Source: a virus
Taxonomy: Duplodnaviria; Heunggongvirae; Uroviricota; Caudoviricetes
IMG/VR virus record: IMGVR_UViG_3300014205_000184
Span: 3,162 to 67,161 of that record
Length of the DNA stretch: 64,000 nucleotides
Strand: one strand, 5' to 3'
Under the pieces are notes generated by a model, which worked only from the letters and a program-made list of their open reading frames with translations, was not told where the DNA came from and did not search any database. Both the position numbers and the translations under genes were made by a program. Shown here one piece after another: positions 34,205 to 43,668 of this stretch. Each line of letters starts with the position of its first letter. Position 1 is the stretch's first letter.

Positions 34205-34414
34205 AGTTTCGCCGTGGGTGACCCCCTGAGAATACGTTAAAGCGTAAAAGCTGGTGAAGTTTAATTTCGAGTTAAACTTAAGCTAGCCGTTACTCTTGCA
34301 TGTCAATGCCGGCGTTCGATAAGGTCTTTGCAACACTCATCAAAGACATAAAAGAAAAGGATGAGGACGGGTTAGCGGGAACGTATAAAAACCGCACCAT
34401 TAAGAAAGGTAATT

Positions 34415-35386
34415 ATGATAGAAAAACAAATGGCTGAAGAACGTAGAATATTAGAGATAATATCCGGTTCATATTTATATGGAACGCAGACTGAAACCTC
34501 TGACAAAGATTTTGTCGGAATTTTTATTCCAGACGTAGAGCATATTTTAGGATTTCAAAAATGTGAAGAAGTTGACCTATCGGTGATTGAGAAAGATTCA
34601 AGCGGTAAGAATACAGTTAATGCAGTAGACAGAAAATTTTATGAATTCAGGAAATTTATTAAACTAGCAATGGAGAACAACCCTAATATTCTTGAAATAT
34701 TGTTTGTGAATAAAGAGGACACGTTGTTTGTGAATGATTTCGGAAAAGAACTGTTAGAAATGCGTCATATGTTTCCGTATAGAGGTCTAAAAGCTAAGTT
34801 TTTAGGGTATGCGTTCAGTCAAAAGCATAAAATGGTTATTAAAAAAGATAACTATTTTAATCTTATGCTTGCATATGACTTCCTAAAGAAACAAGATAGT
34901 AGGAAGTTTCTATTAGAAGTAGTATTATCATCAATGCGACCTAATTTTATAACATTTGGGCATGATGAAGCGCATAATATAAAGAACGTTATTATAGGTG
35001 ATTTACAATTACCACCATCAAAAACAGTTCAAGAAACATTGAAAGTGTTAGAGTATCGAATGTCGAGTATCGGTAATCGTGAAGAGTTATTATTAAAATA
35101 CGGTTATGATGTGAAGTTCGGTTCCCACCTTGTGCGTCTTATGTTAGAAGGAATCGAGTTACTTAAAACTGGTGAATTAGTGTTTCCATTAAAAGAGCGT
35201 CAGATGATACTTGATATAAAGAATGGTAAGTGGGCGATGAGTAAAATATTAGATTTTAGTAATGAGTTAGAGAAAGAAATTGAAGATTTGGCAATAAGTT
35301 CTAAATTACCGAGTAGACCAAGAACTGATGAGTTAGAAGAGTTTGTTATAAATAAGTTATCTCAAATAGTAAAGGAGCGAGAATGA
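34415..35386 (+). CDS. Nucleotidyltransferase, RlaP-like (PF10127-type; RtcB-associated family)
   Basis: Carries ISGSYLYGTQTETSDKDFVGIF, the GS-x9-SDxD NTase motif. A roughly 300-aa helical remainder follows. Confidence 0.5.
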   Translation: MIEKQMAEERRILEIISGSYLYGTQTETSDKDFVGIFIPDVEHILGFQKCEEVDLSVIEKDSSGKNTVNAVDRKFYEFRKFIKLAMENNPNILEILFVNKEDTLFVNDFGKELLEMRHMFPYRGLKAKFLGYAFSQKHKMVIKKDNYFNLMLAYDFLKKQDSRKFLLEVVLSSMRPNFITFGHDEAHNIKNVIIGDLQLPPSKTVQETLKVLEYRMSSIGNREELLLKYGYDVKFGSHLVRLMLEGIELLKTGELVFPLKERQMILDIKNGKWAMSKILDFSNELEKEIEDLAISSKLPSRPRTDELEEFVINKLSQIVKERE

Positions 35387-35625
35387 TATCTTTAAAAATA
35401 ACCAAAAATGTTATGCACATAATAGCCGCAAGAATCTTAGGCGTTATATATATAACAGCATTATTTATATACTTAGCATGTTCAATAATATTAATATTGG
35501 ATAAAGAATGTTTTATTAAAGTCTTATTAGGGGTTTTAGTTTTTATACCAGTCATGAGAATGTTGTGTCATGACTTACCATTGTTTAAACAGTTTTGGAA
35601 AAACTGTTATAAGGAGATTTTATGA
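35383..35625 (+). CDS. Hypothetical membrane protein
   Basis: ATGA coupling. Two hydrophobic segments. Confidence 0.45.
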   Translation: MISLKITKNVMHIIAARILGVIYITALFIYLACSIILILDKECFIKVLLGVLVFIPVMRMLCHDLPLFKQFWKNCYKEIL

Positions 35626-35843
35626 GAATAAGAGTTGAAGAAGTGGTGAAATTTATTGTAGCTCTGATAATAGCTTTATCTGTATGTAAATTAGCTCATG
35701 CTGGTCTTGTAGATATGATGCAGAGAGAAGGGCAGACTAATCAATTAGAGTTAGATAATAAGCTTATGATTGAAAACAATAAATTATTGGAAGAGATACT
35801 GAGTGAATTAATAAAAATAAATAAAAATAGTAATAATATATGA
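35622..35843 (+). CDS. Hypothetical protein (N-terminal TM or signal anchor)
   Basis: ATGA coupling. 73 aa. Confidence 0.45.
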   Translation: MRIRVEEVVKFIVALIIALSVCKLAHAGLVDMMQREGQTNQLELDNKLMIENNKLLEEILSELIKINKNSNNI

Positions 35844-36517
35844 ACAAACGTCAGATACTTAGACAAGTTTTAAAAAAAAGATGTAAAAAGTGTCATTGTA
35901 TAATTGATGATAGAAATAAACGTGGTTTCTGTGTCAAACATACAAATTTTTCAAGAGAGAGAAATTCTTTTTGGGGGATGAAGCATAGTAAGAAAACAAA
36001 AAATATAATGAAGCAACATCATCAAGATTTTCACGGAGAAAACAATCCTTTTTTTGGTAAAAAGCATACTAGAAAATCTATTAATAAAATGCGAAAATCA
36101 CATAAGAGTAACTGGTTAAAGTATGATACTAAAAAAAGAAATAAAATATTATATAATCTTATTACATCTAGTAGAAAAACAAGAGGAACTAAAATAGAAA
36201 AAATTATATCAAATTTTTTAAATATTTTGAATATAAAACATAGAAGACATGTACAAATGGGATTATATAACGTTGATTTTTTAGTAGATAAAAAATTTAT
36301 TATAGAATGTTTTGGTGATTATTGGCATTTTAATCCAAAATTTTTCAATTCAAATAATAAAATTAAAAATAAGCATAAGAAAGATAAGATTAAAAAAGAA
36401 ATACTAATAAAGAAAGGGTATAAATATCTTGTGTTATGGGAATATGATATTAATAATCAATTTGATGTCGTAAGAAATAAAATAAGGAGTTTTTTAAATG
36501 TTAAAAATACTATCTGA
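35840..36517 (+). CDS. Free-standing homing-endonuclease-like protein (NUMOD3 DNA-binding repeats plus a Vsr/DUF559-like PD-(D/E)xK nuclease)
   Basis: Carries FWGMKHSKKTKNIMKQ and FFGKKHTRKSINKMRKS (NUMOD3). C-terminal LYNVDFLVDKKFIIECFGDYWH is the DUF559/Vsr-type D...E.K core. Confidence 0.55.
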   Translation: MNKRQILRQVLKKRCKKCHCIIDDRNKRGFCVKHTNFSRERNSFWGMKHSKKTKNIMKQHHQDFHGENNPFFGKKHTRKSINKMRKSHKSNWLKYDTKKRNKILYNLITSSRKTRGTKIEKIISNFLNILNIKHRRHVQMGLYNVDFLVDKKFIIECFGDYWHFNPKFFNSNNKIKNKHKKDKIKKEILIKKGYKYLVLWEYDINNQFDVVRNKIRSFLNVKNTI

Positions 36518-37805
36518 GAATCTAAGAATCCCGATAAAATTATGGATAAGCAATATAGAAAACGGAGCCTTGGAACAAGCATGTAACTCTGCAAATCTAC
36601 CTTTTGCATTTCATCATATTTCAATAATGCCCGACGCTCATCAGGGTTATGGCGTTCCAATTGGGTCAGTTTTAGCGACAGATAGAGTAGTAATTCCAAA
36701 CGCAGTGGGTGTGGATATAGGTTGTGGAATGTGTGCAGTAAAGACTTCACTAAAAGCTGAACAACTAGATAAAGAAACTTTAAAGACAATAATGGGCAAG
36801 ATACGAGAAGCGATACCCGTAGGTAACGATAAAGATGGTAGACACGCTAAGAAACAAGATGAAAGTTTAATGCCTGTTCCTAAAAATTTAGGAGAATATA
36901 TTACAACAGAAAATCTCTTAATAAGAGATTATCCGATAGTATCTCAACAGTACGAATCAGCATTAACACAAATTGGCACTCTGGGCGGCGGCAATCATTT
37001 CATCGAAATACAAAAAGATAAAGAAGATAATGTTTGGATAATGATACATTCAGGGAGTAGAAATTTAGGGCATAAAGTAGCAACGCATTATAATGAGTTA
37101 GCAATTAAATTAAATCGTATGTGGTGTTCATGTGTTCCTACGGAATGGGAATTAGCATTTCTTCCAATAGAAACAGAAGAAGCTAAAAGTTATATGCGTG
37201 AAATGCAATATTGTGTGGATTTTGCGTTAGCTAATAGAAGTTTAATGATGGATAGAATAATAGATGTATTTGAACAAATTTTAATAGGTTTTGGACAAAA
37301 TCAAGTCCAAAATATTATATTTTCTAAAGCTATAAACATAGCTCATAACTACGCATCTTGGGAAAATCATTTTGGGAAGAATGTAATTGTTCATCGTAAG
37401 GGTGCTACATTAGCAAGAAAAGATACTATAGGTATTATACCGGGCTCACAAGGCACGAAGAGCTATATCGTTAAAGGTCTAGGTAATGTCGATAGTTTTA
37501 TGTCGTGTAGTCATGGTGCAGGACGTCTTATGAGCAGAACAAAAGCATGTAATGAATTAAATTTAGAAGATGAGATAAAGAAGCTTGACGACCAAGGAAT
37601 TGTTCATGGTATAAGAACTAAGAATGATTTAGATGAGGCGAGTGGTGCGTATAAAGATATAGGCGAAGTAATGAATAACCAAGTTGATTTAGTGGAAATA
37701 ATAACTGAGCTTCAACCATTAGCTGTTATTAAAGCTACAACTAATAAGGTTACCACGAAGGATGTTTTAGAATATTCAAAATCTATAAGTAATTTTTTAA
37801 AATAA
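36498..37805 (+). CDS. rtcB: RtcB RNA 3'-phosphate/2',3'-cyclic phosphate ligase
   Basis: RBS AAGGAG. Carries MPDAHQGYGVPIGSV, VGVDIGCGMCAV, and GTLGGGNHFIEIQ...IHSGSRNLGHKVATHY. Confidence 0.75.
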   Translation: MLKILSENLRIPIKLWISNIENGALEQACNSANLPFAFHHISIMPDAHQGYGVPIGSVLATDRVVIPNAVGVDIGCGMCAVKTSLKAEQLDKETLKTIMGKIREAIPVGNDKDGRHAKKQDESLMPVPKNLGEYITTENLLIRDYPIVSQQYESALTQIGTLGGGNHFIEIQKDKEDNVWIMIHSGSRNLGHKVATHYNELAIKLNRMWCSCVPTEWELAFLPIETEEAKSYMREMQYCVDFALANRSLMMDRIIDVFEQILIGFGQNQVQNIIFSKAINIAHNYASWENHFGKNVIVHRKGATLARKDTIGIIPGSQGTKSYIVKGLGNVDSFMSCSHGAGRLMSRTKACNELNLEDEIKKLDDQGIVHGIRTKNDLDEASGAYKDIGEVMNNQVDLVEIITELQPLAVIKATTNKVTTKDVLEYSKSISNFLK

Positions 37806-37806
37806 T

Positions 37807-37930
37807 TTAACTCTCTGTCTCGCTAGGAGTGTTTCTTAGTAGAGATATAAACTTAGGCGAGAATCGCCTCTCGATGGGCATACTGATACAATCCTGCCAC
37901 CTAAGTGCTGAAGGGATTGCAGAGAGTTAA
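37807..37930 (+). other. Structured intergenic element immediately downstream of rtcB, closed by an 11-bp long-range stem (candidate ncRNA)
   Basis: TTAACTCTCTG (37807-37817) pairs with CAGAGAGTTAA (37920-37930). Internal hairpins include GGCGA-gaa-TCGCC. Further stems (GTGAG...CTCAC, CCGA...TCGG) continue to 38030. The 250-nt gap has no ORF. Confidence 0.4.
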
Positions 37931-38055
37931 AGTTTCCAGTAGCACCGCAAGGGAAGGCTCTTGTCTAGACTACTAGTGTGTTGACCGAGCATGAATGGGA
38001 AGTGAGAGCACCTCACATCGGTCCCGTATTTAAAACAAGAAAGATGAGGTGAATT

Positions 38056-38532
38056 ATGGAGATTAAGATTGAACTTAACAAAGATGAAATGTTGAAGTTA
38101 TGTGAGAAAGATAAAAACTTTCAAGTCTATATTCAACAAGCGGCGCTTAATTATTTAAGAAACTGTAAGTTAAAACCGTTAATGAGAGATGAGATTGTGA
38201 GAGAGGTTGAGCAATATAAAAATGATTTAAAGAGGCATGTTAAAGAAATTCTTCCTCAAATGGGTATAACTCGCGGAAGTGGATGGAATAATAATTCGAT
38301 ATATCTAAGTGAAGAACTTGGGAGAGATATACGTGCAAAAATTATTCAAGAGATGGAATTTATAATAACTGATATTGTTAGTAAAGAATTATCTAAAGTA
38401 TCAAAAAAAATGGACGAAGATATAAAAATGTGGAATTCTCATATAGAACGTAAATGTAAGGATAGTATAACATCTAAAACCATAGAAAACATAGCAAAGT
38501 CGGTTATAGAGGAAAAATTTAAAGGAAAATAA
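38056..38532 (+). CDS. Hypothetical protein
   Basis: RBS AAGATGAGGTG. 158 aa. Confidence 0.55.
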   Translation: MEIKIELNKDEMLKLCEKDKNFQVYIQQAALNYLRNCKLKPLMRDEIVREVEQYKNDLKRHVKEILPQMGITRGSGWNNNSIYLSEELGRDIRAKIIQEMEFIITDIVSKELSKVSKKMDEDIKMWNSHIERKCKDSITSKTIENIAKSVIEEKFKGK

Positions 38533-38533
38533 T

Positions 38534-39547
38534 ATGAATTGTGCTGAAATATGTTTTGAAGTTGCAAAGATAATACCCGAATCTTTTTTGGTAGGTGGAG
38601 CTGTACGAGATACACTGCTCAATAAAGAACCAAAAGATTTTGATTTTGCGACGCCTCTATCCCCAGATGAAATAGAAACCGCTATACAGAATTCTGGTAG
38701 ACATGCGTACTCAATCGGAAAACGTTTCGGGACTGTGGGAGTTAAAATAAACGGAATTATGGTTGAAATAACAACGTTTCGTTCTGAGAAATATGAAGAA
38801 GGAAATCGTAAACCACAAGTTGAGTTTGTGAAAGATATAAACTCTGACTTATCTAGACGGGACTTTACCATAAACGCTATGGCTAGAACAGTCCTACCCG
38901 AAAGAGAGTTCATAGACTTGTTTAATGGGCAAGAGGATATGAAGAATAAGGTTATACGATGCGTTGGGAAGCCCAAGGACAGATTTAAAGAAGACCCGTT
39001 ACGTATGCTTCGAGTAGCACGTTTCATGTCCCAATTAGAGTTTGAGGTACATCCAGACACAGAGGAAACAGCGTTTGAGATGAGTTATAAGATATTAGAA
39101 GTAAGTAAAGAGAGATGGTGTCTTGAGTTAGATAAGCTACTTATGACATTAAAACCTAGTTTAGGGCTTGATTTTATGATGAGAACAAGACTTATGAACT
39201 TTATGATACCAGAACTATCTTTACAGTATAGCTATAATCAAAACTCCCCGTATCATAGCCGTGATTTGTGGGAGCATACGAAATATGTTGTAGATAATGT
39301 AGGATGTGATATAATGTTACGTTGGGCGGCACTCTTGCATGATATAGCGAAACCTTTTGTTAGATATGATAACAACAAGGGGTATAGCAATTACCTCAAA
39401 CATGACATGTTAGGTAAAGAAATGGTTATACGTCTTGCGTATTATCTTAAATGGTCAAATGAACGGCGTGAAGTAGTGAGTAATTTGGTGTTAAATCATA
39501 TGCTAGACACATCGCCGCTTAAAGAAGCTGATGAGAAAGGGAAATAA
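38534..39547 (+). CDS. cca: CCA-adding tRNA nucleotidyltransferase (class II) with a C-terminal HD domain
   Basis: Carries LVGGAVRDTLLNKEPKDFDFAT, RRDFTINAMA, and the HD motif AALLHDIAKPF. Confidence 0.7.
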   Translation: MNCAEICFEVAKIIPESFLVGGAVRDTLLNKEPKDFDFATPLSPDEIETAIQNSGRHAYSIGKRFGTVGVKINGIMVEITTFRSEKYEEGNRKPQVEFVKDINSDLSRRDFTINAMARTVLPEREFIDLFNGQEDMKNKVIRCVGKPKDRFKEDPLRMLRVARFMSQLEFEVHPDTEETAFEMSYKILEVSKERWCLELDKLLMTLKPSLGLDFMMRTRLMNFMIPELSLQYSYNQNSPYHSRDLWEHTKYVVDNVGCDIMLRWAALLHDIAKPFVRYDNNKGYSNYLKHDMLGKEMVIRLAYYLKWSNERREVVSNLVLNHMLDTSPLKEADEKGK

Positions 39548-39915
39548 TGAAAGTAAAAATAAAGCACGAAAATATTCTTAGAGCGATTGATTATCTTGAG
39601 AGGATAGGGTGGTTAATAAAAGGAGAAGATGCTCTAGAAGATAAAAAAGCTGTTAAAGAATTTGCGAAAGCTGTGGCTATAGCGTCTATAGACATAGAAG
39701 TAGATATAGATATGATAGGTATTATTAAAAAGGAGATTGACATGAGACCCAAAAAGAAACGGTCAGACCACACTTGTGGGGAATGTTCGTATAGAGATTT
39801 GGGGACAGATACGCATTACGTGTGTCACAATAATCTAATTAAGAAGTTGGCGGGTAGAAATGTTGTGAGAGTAAACAAAAATAGAAATCATTGCGTAGCG
39901 TTTAAGAGTAAGTAA
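39547..39915 (+). CDS. Hypothetical protein (C-terminal CGEC...C.H zinc-binding-like)
   Basis: TAATG coupling. 122 aa. Confidence 0.5.
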   Translation: MKVKIKHENILRAIDYLERIGWLIKGEDALEDKKAVKEFAKAVAIASIDIEVDIDMIGIIKKEIDMRPKKKRSDHTCGECSYRDLGTDTHYVCHNNLIKKLAGRNVVRVNKNRNHCVAFKSK

Positions 39916-39925
39916 AGGAGAGAGA

Positions 39926-40543
39926 ATGAAGATAATAAAACCAAGCGTTGAGTTACTTTGGGCAACACCCAATGCTATTGAAGCAATTGAAAGAGCCGGG
40001 AGAACGTGCTATAAGTCAGAAGATAAAATTACTGAGGATAGCGCAAATAAGTTTGTGGAGATGTTAATAAAGCGTGGTCATGAAGCTATGATAGAACATG
40101 CTTCGGCTTCATTGTTGTTTGTTTGTGATAGAGGTGTAACACATGAAATAGTACGACACAGGATGGCAAGTTACGCACAAGAAAGCACCAGATACTGTTC
40201 TTACGCTAGTGCAAAATTTGGAAGTGAAATAACGGTGATTGAACCACCAGATTTAACAATGCCTCAGTATGAAGTTTGGGAAGCTAGTATGAATGAGAGC
40301 GAACAATCATATTTAGATTTAATTAAATTAGGAGTTACTCCGCAAATAGCAAGAGGTGTTTTACCTAATAGTCTTAAAACAGAGATTGTTGTTACAGCTA
40401 ACTTTAGAGAGTGGAGACATATATTTAAGTTACGAACAGCGAAAACAGCTCATCCTCAAATGAGGGAAGTAATGAATATAGCGTTTGATATGTTAGTTAA
40501 AGAATTCCCGATTGTATTCGCTGATTTAAAACAGGAGATATAA
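39926..40543 (+). CDS. thyX: Flavin-dependent thymidylate synthase (ThyX-like)
   Basis: Carries the ThyX signature VRHRMASYAQESTRY (RHR-x7-S). Confidence 0.65.
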   Translation: MKIIKPSVELLWATPNAIEAIERAGRTCYKSEDKITEDSANKFVEMLIKRGHEAMIEHASASLLFVCDRGVTHEIVRHRMASYAQESTRYCSYASAKFGSEITVIEPPDLTMPQYEVWEASMNESEQSYLDLIKLGVTPQIARGVLPNSLKTEIVVTANFREWRHIFKLRTAKTAHPQMREVMNIAFDMLVKEFPIVFADLKQEI

Positions 40544-40709
40544 TGGAAATTATAATTGATGAACCGCAAATAAAAGAAGCGATACTTTGTTATTTAATAA
40601 CAAAAGGATACCCATTTGGTGATGGGGTTTATTCTCCCAATGATATAAAAATGGTTGTGAGTCAAGTTGATTATAGGGTTTCAGCAGAAATTGAGGTGAA
40701 AGATAAATG
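40544..40709 (+). CDS. Hypothetical small protein
   Basis: TAATG coupling. 54 aa. Confidence 0.4.
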
Positions 40710-41408
40710 AAACATTTCGTGATAGGCGATATACACGGCGGTTATAAATCTATGATGCAGTGTTTTGAACGAGCAAAGTTTAACTATGAAGAAGACGAAC
40801 TTATCGTTCTAGGAGACGTTGTAGATGGATGGCCTGATACGTATAAATGCGTAGAAGAACTTCTTAAAGTTAAAAACCTAATATTAATATTAGGTAACCA
40901 CGACGCTTGGGCATTAGAGTGGTTTTTATATTCTGATGCTCCTTCACTTTGGACTGGGCAAGGCGGTTGGGCGACGATACATTCATATAACAATGCGGAG
41001 AATATATGTGTTCCACAATCGCATATAGACTTTTTCAGAAACGCTGTTTACGCTTATGTAGATGATAAGACAAATACACTGTTCGTTCATGGCGGTATCG
41101 ATTGCGATAAAGATATAACAGAACAGTCAACGGAACGAATGATGTGGGATAGAGAGTTACTTGAATGCGCATATTGGAGACATAAAGAAAATCCTAAATA
41201 TAAGTTCTCTAAGTATAATGAAATATATGTTGGGCACACAACAACGTTCTATTTTCAAACAGATAAACCTATGTTCGTGTGTAATGTCATAGGCGCCGAC
41301 ACGGGCGGGGGCTACGAGGGATATCTTACGATAATAGACCGAGACACGAAACAATACTGGCAATCGGACAAGTTAGATTCACTATACCCAGGTGTAAAAG
41401 GGAGATAA
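40707..41408 (+). CDS. PPP-family Ser/Thr phosphatase / ApaH-like metallophosphoesterase
   Basis: Carries GDIHGGY, GDVVDGWPD, and GNHDAW, the GDxHG...GDxVDRG...GNHE motifs. Confidence 0.65.
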   Translation: MKHFVIGDIHGGYKSMMQCFERAKFNYEEDELIVLGDVVDGWPDTYKCVEELLKVKNLILILGNHDAWALEWFLYSDAPSLWTGQGGWATIHSYNNAENICVPQSHIDFFRNAVYAYVDDKTNTLFVHGGIDCDKDITEQSTERMMWDRELLECAYWRHKENPKYKFSKYNEIYVGHTTTFYFQTDKPMFVCNVIGADTGGGYEGYLTIIDRDTKQYWQSDKLDSLYPGVKGR

Positions 41409-41409
41409 T

Positions 41410-41619
41410 ATGAATTGTTTGCTGATTAAAAAATGGATATTATGTAATATATATGATAGACATGCATGGATGCATCTTGGAGCGAGGACTTTATACGGAG
41501 AACGTATAGAAGAGTGCCCATGGTGTAAACGTATGAGATATGATGTTGATGATAAAAAGCGTGAAAAGTTTAGAGAAGAACTATATAGTAAATTAAAAGA
41601 AATGTGGAGTAAGAAATGA
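41410..41619 (+). CDS. Hypothetical protein
   Basis: TAATATG coupling. 69 aa. Carries CPWCK. Confidence 0.45.
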   Translation: MNCLLIKKWILCNIYDRHAWMHLGARTLYGERIEECPWCKRMRYDVDDKKREKFREELYSKLKEMWSKK

Positions 41620-41759
41620 AACATAATTTTACATCTTTATATGATATGCGCCATTTCGCAGAGGATAAGTTGGACCATCCTGGAGACCGACTTAAGTTTT
41701 TTGGATGGACGGAGACATTCGGCTCTACATCTGGTCCGTGTGGTGGTTATGGTGGCTAA
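41616..41759 (+). CDS. Hypothetical small protein
   Basis: ATGA coupling. 47 aa. Confidence 0.35.
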   Translation: MKHNFTSLYDMRHFAEDKLDHPGDRLKFFGWTETFGSTSGPCGGYGG

Positions 41760-41762
41760 ACT

Positions 41763-41888
41763 ATGACAGAGTTTGACGTAATTGCGTTTCTTGACCCGTT
41801 CACTCACAATGTCGTTATGTTTTGTTCTGATGAATGGAAGATTGTAAGAGGTGTGAAACCATCTAAAATACTAAGGTGGAATTTATGA
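41763..41888 (+). CDS. Hypothetical small protein
   Basis: 41 aa. ATGA-coupled to the next gene. Confidence 0.3.
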   Translation: MTEFDVIAFLDPFTHNVVMFCSDEWKIVRGVKPSKILRWNL

Positions 41889-42046
41889 AACACTTCTCTA
41901 AAAAAGATATGAAAGCAATAAAAAAGATGTTAGACAAACGACTAAAGTGTAAACATGGAGAATACTACGGGGATTTTAATGGAGTTAGATGTAAGAAATG
42001 CGGAGTTAGAATTTCAGATAATACAATAAAATTTGAGGGGTTTTAA
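41885..42046 (+). CDS. Hypothetical small zinc-ribbon protein
   Basis: Carries CKHGEY...CKKCG. 53 aa. Confidence 0.4.
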   Translation: MKHFSKKDMKAIKKMLDKRLKCKHGEYYGDFNGVRCKKCGVRISDNTIKFEGF

Positions 42047-42337
42047 ATGGAAAATACAAACAAAAGTATTTATTTATTAAAAGAACTAGAAAATGTTGTA
42101 AGAAAATCAATGAAAAGTCAATCTTCAATGTTCCTTAGCGATGAAACAGCTATGGATTATGTTCGAGTAGATGGGTTGCTTGATTTTGAAGTGATTGCAC
42201 GGACAATATATGACTTTTATATCGCTAGAGGCGTGAGATTAATGAAAGATATGTCCGTAAAAAGTATTTATTTTGATGTTGATAAAAATGATATATATAC
42301 AAGTGGTTATAATCAAGCTATGGTAGATATAAATTAA
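42047..42337 (+). CDS. Hypothetical protein
   Basis: TAAATG coupling. 96 aa. Confidence 0.5.
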   Translation: MENTNKSIYLLKELENVVRKSMKSQSSMFLSDETAMDYVRVDGLLDFEVIARTIYDFYIARGVRLMKDMSVKSIYFDVDKNDIYTSGYNQAMVDIN

Positions 42338-42352
42338 AACTATAAGGTAATT

Positions 42353-42673
42353 ATGAAAAAAGATAAAATTAGAAAAAGAACTCTAGATGAAGCGGAAAAT
42401 ATTATTAAAGACTTACAACAAAAACTTTGGGCAAGAGATAAGGTATTAAGTAATATGCGAATGGCTTTATATTATGCAAAAAAGTTTTTGAAAGAAGTTG
42501 AATGCGAGTTAGATGGTATGTGGTATCACGGTATAGATGGTTCTGATTTACTTGTTTCTAAAGACGAATTATTTGACACTGTGCAGAATAAAATAATAAC
42601 GGCAAAATTAGTCCGAGGGATGAATGTAATAGATAAACCATTATTAGAACTTAAACAGTTTATAGGATGGTGA
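42353..42673 (+). CDS. Hypothetical protein
   Basis: 106 aa. Confidence 0.5.
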   Translation: MKKDKIRKRTLDEAENIIKDLQQKLWARDKVLSNMRMALYYAKKFLKEVECELDGMWYHGIDGSDLLVSKDELFDTVQNKIITAKLVRGMNVIDKPLLELKQFIGW

Positions 42674-42677
42674 TAAA

Positions 42678-43055
42678 ATGATACCTACGCAGTATGAGAC
42701 AAATGAGTGCATAGAAGAAGTAGAGATACGTTGTCCTACTTGTCATAGCAATAATACGCAATTAGATGATAAAGCTGATTCTAATGATATTAGAGAATGG
42801 TATTTATGTTTAGAGTGTGGAACGGTTTTCATAAATAACCATGATGACAATATTAAATGTTGTAAAATGAGCAATAGAATAGATTACGCTATTAACCAAC
42901 TAGAAATAAAGGGCAATGGTTCAAACACGGCTATACAGTTAGCTATCGCCGCATTAATGGTAATGAAAGATATGGAAAATAACCCAGACATAAGTACGAT
43001 TGATGGAAAGTTTTGGATTGATAAGTTCAATTCATATATAAAAGGGGATAAATGA
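42678..43055 (+). CDS. Zinc-ribbon protein whose C-terminal domain is paralogous to the 43462 gene
   Basis: Carries CPTCHS...CLECG. The C-terminus ends ...DKFNSYIKGDK. Confidence 0.5.
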   Translation: MIPTQYETNECIEEVEIRCPTCHSNNTQLDDKADSNDIREWYLCLECGTVFINNHDDNIKCCKMSNRIDYAINQLEIKGNGSNTAIQLAIAALMVMKDMENNPDISTIDGKFWIDKFNSYIKGDK

Positions 43056-43270
43056 AAATATCAGATGCTAGAAAATTATGTAAAAAAATGTTAGATGATA
43101 GAGAATTGTCTAAAGATGGATTAGCAAAACAGGAAAGACGAGATAAAGTTGGACTACACTTTTATGTAATACAAGAAATACGTCATGCAGGGTATGCAAA
43201 GTTTACTAGTTATGATGGAGATACAGTAGCTTGCCCTAAACATACTAGCGTAAGAAGAATAGTGGTGTAA
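43052..43270 (+). CDS. Hypothetical protein
   Basis: ATGA coupling. 72 aa. Confidence 0.5.
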   Translation: MKISDARKLCKKMLDDRELSKDGLAKQERRDKVGLHFYVIQEIRHAGYAKFTSYDGDTVACPKHTSVRRIVV

Positions 43271-43298
43271 TAACCACAGATTGTAATTATGATAAAAA

Positions 43299-43436
43299 AT
43301 GGAATATTATATTGTGATTTTTGTGAACAAGAGATGGGCAAAGCACTTGAGATAAAAGAATATCCCGATGGTATATTCTGTTCAGATGAATGTCGTTATG
43401 AATTTGAAACGGGCCATCCCGGAGAAGAATACTAAC
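43299..43436 (+). CDS. Hypothetical small zinc-ribbon protein
   Basis: Carries CDFCEQ...CSDECR. 45 aa. Confidence 0.35.
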
Positions 43437-43461
43437 TGAAATCAGAGAGGAAAGAGCGAGT

Positions 43462-43668
43462 ATGAATAAAATTGAAAGCGCAGTAAAGTTTTTCTCAACA
43501 TATCCATTTTTTATTGGTAATGATGATGTTGGTGGAACTGCTCTTGCGGCGTTGATGATTATAGAAGATATAGAAAAGCAAAAAGATAATATAAGTGGAG
43601 GACATTTCGATTTAAATAGTAAAGAGATTCTTGATAAATTCAATTCATATATGAAAGGAGATAAGTAA
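43462..43668 (+). CDS. Hypothetical protein (paralog of the C-terminal domain of the 42678 gene)
   Basis: Shares TALAALMIIEDIE... and ends ...DKFNSYMKGDK. Confidence 0.45.
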   Translation: MNKIESAVKFFSTYPFFIGNDDVGGTALAALMIIEDIEKQKDNISGGHFDLNSKEILDKFNSYMKGDK

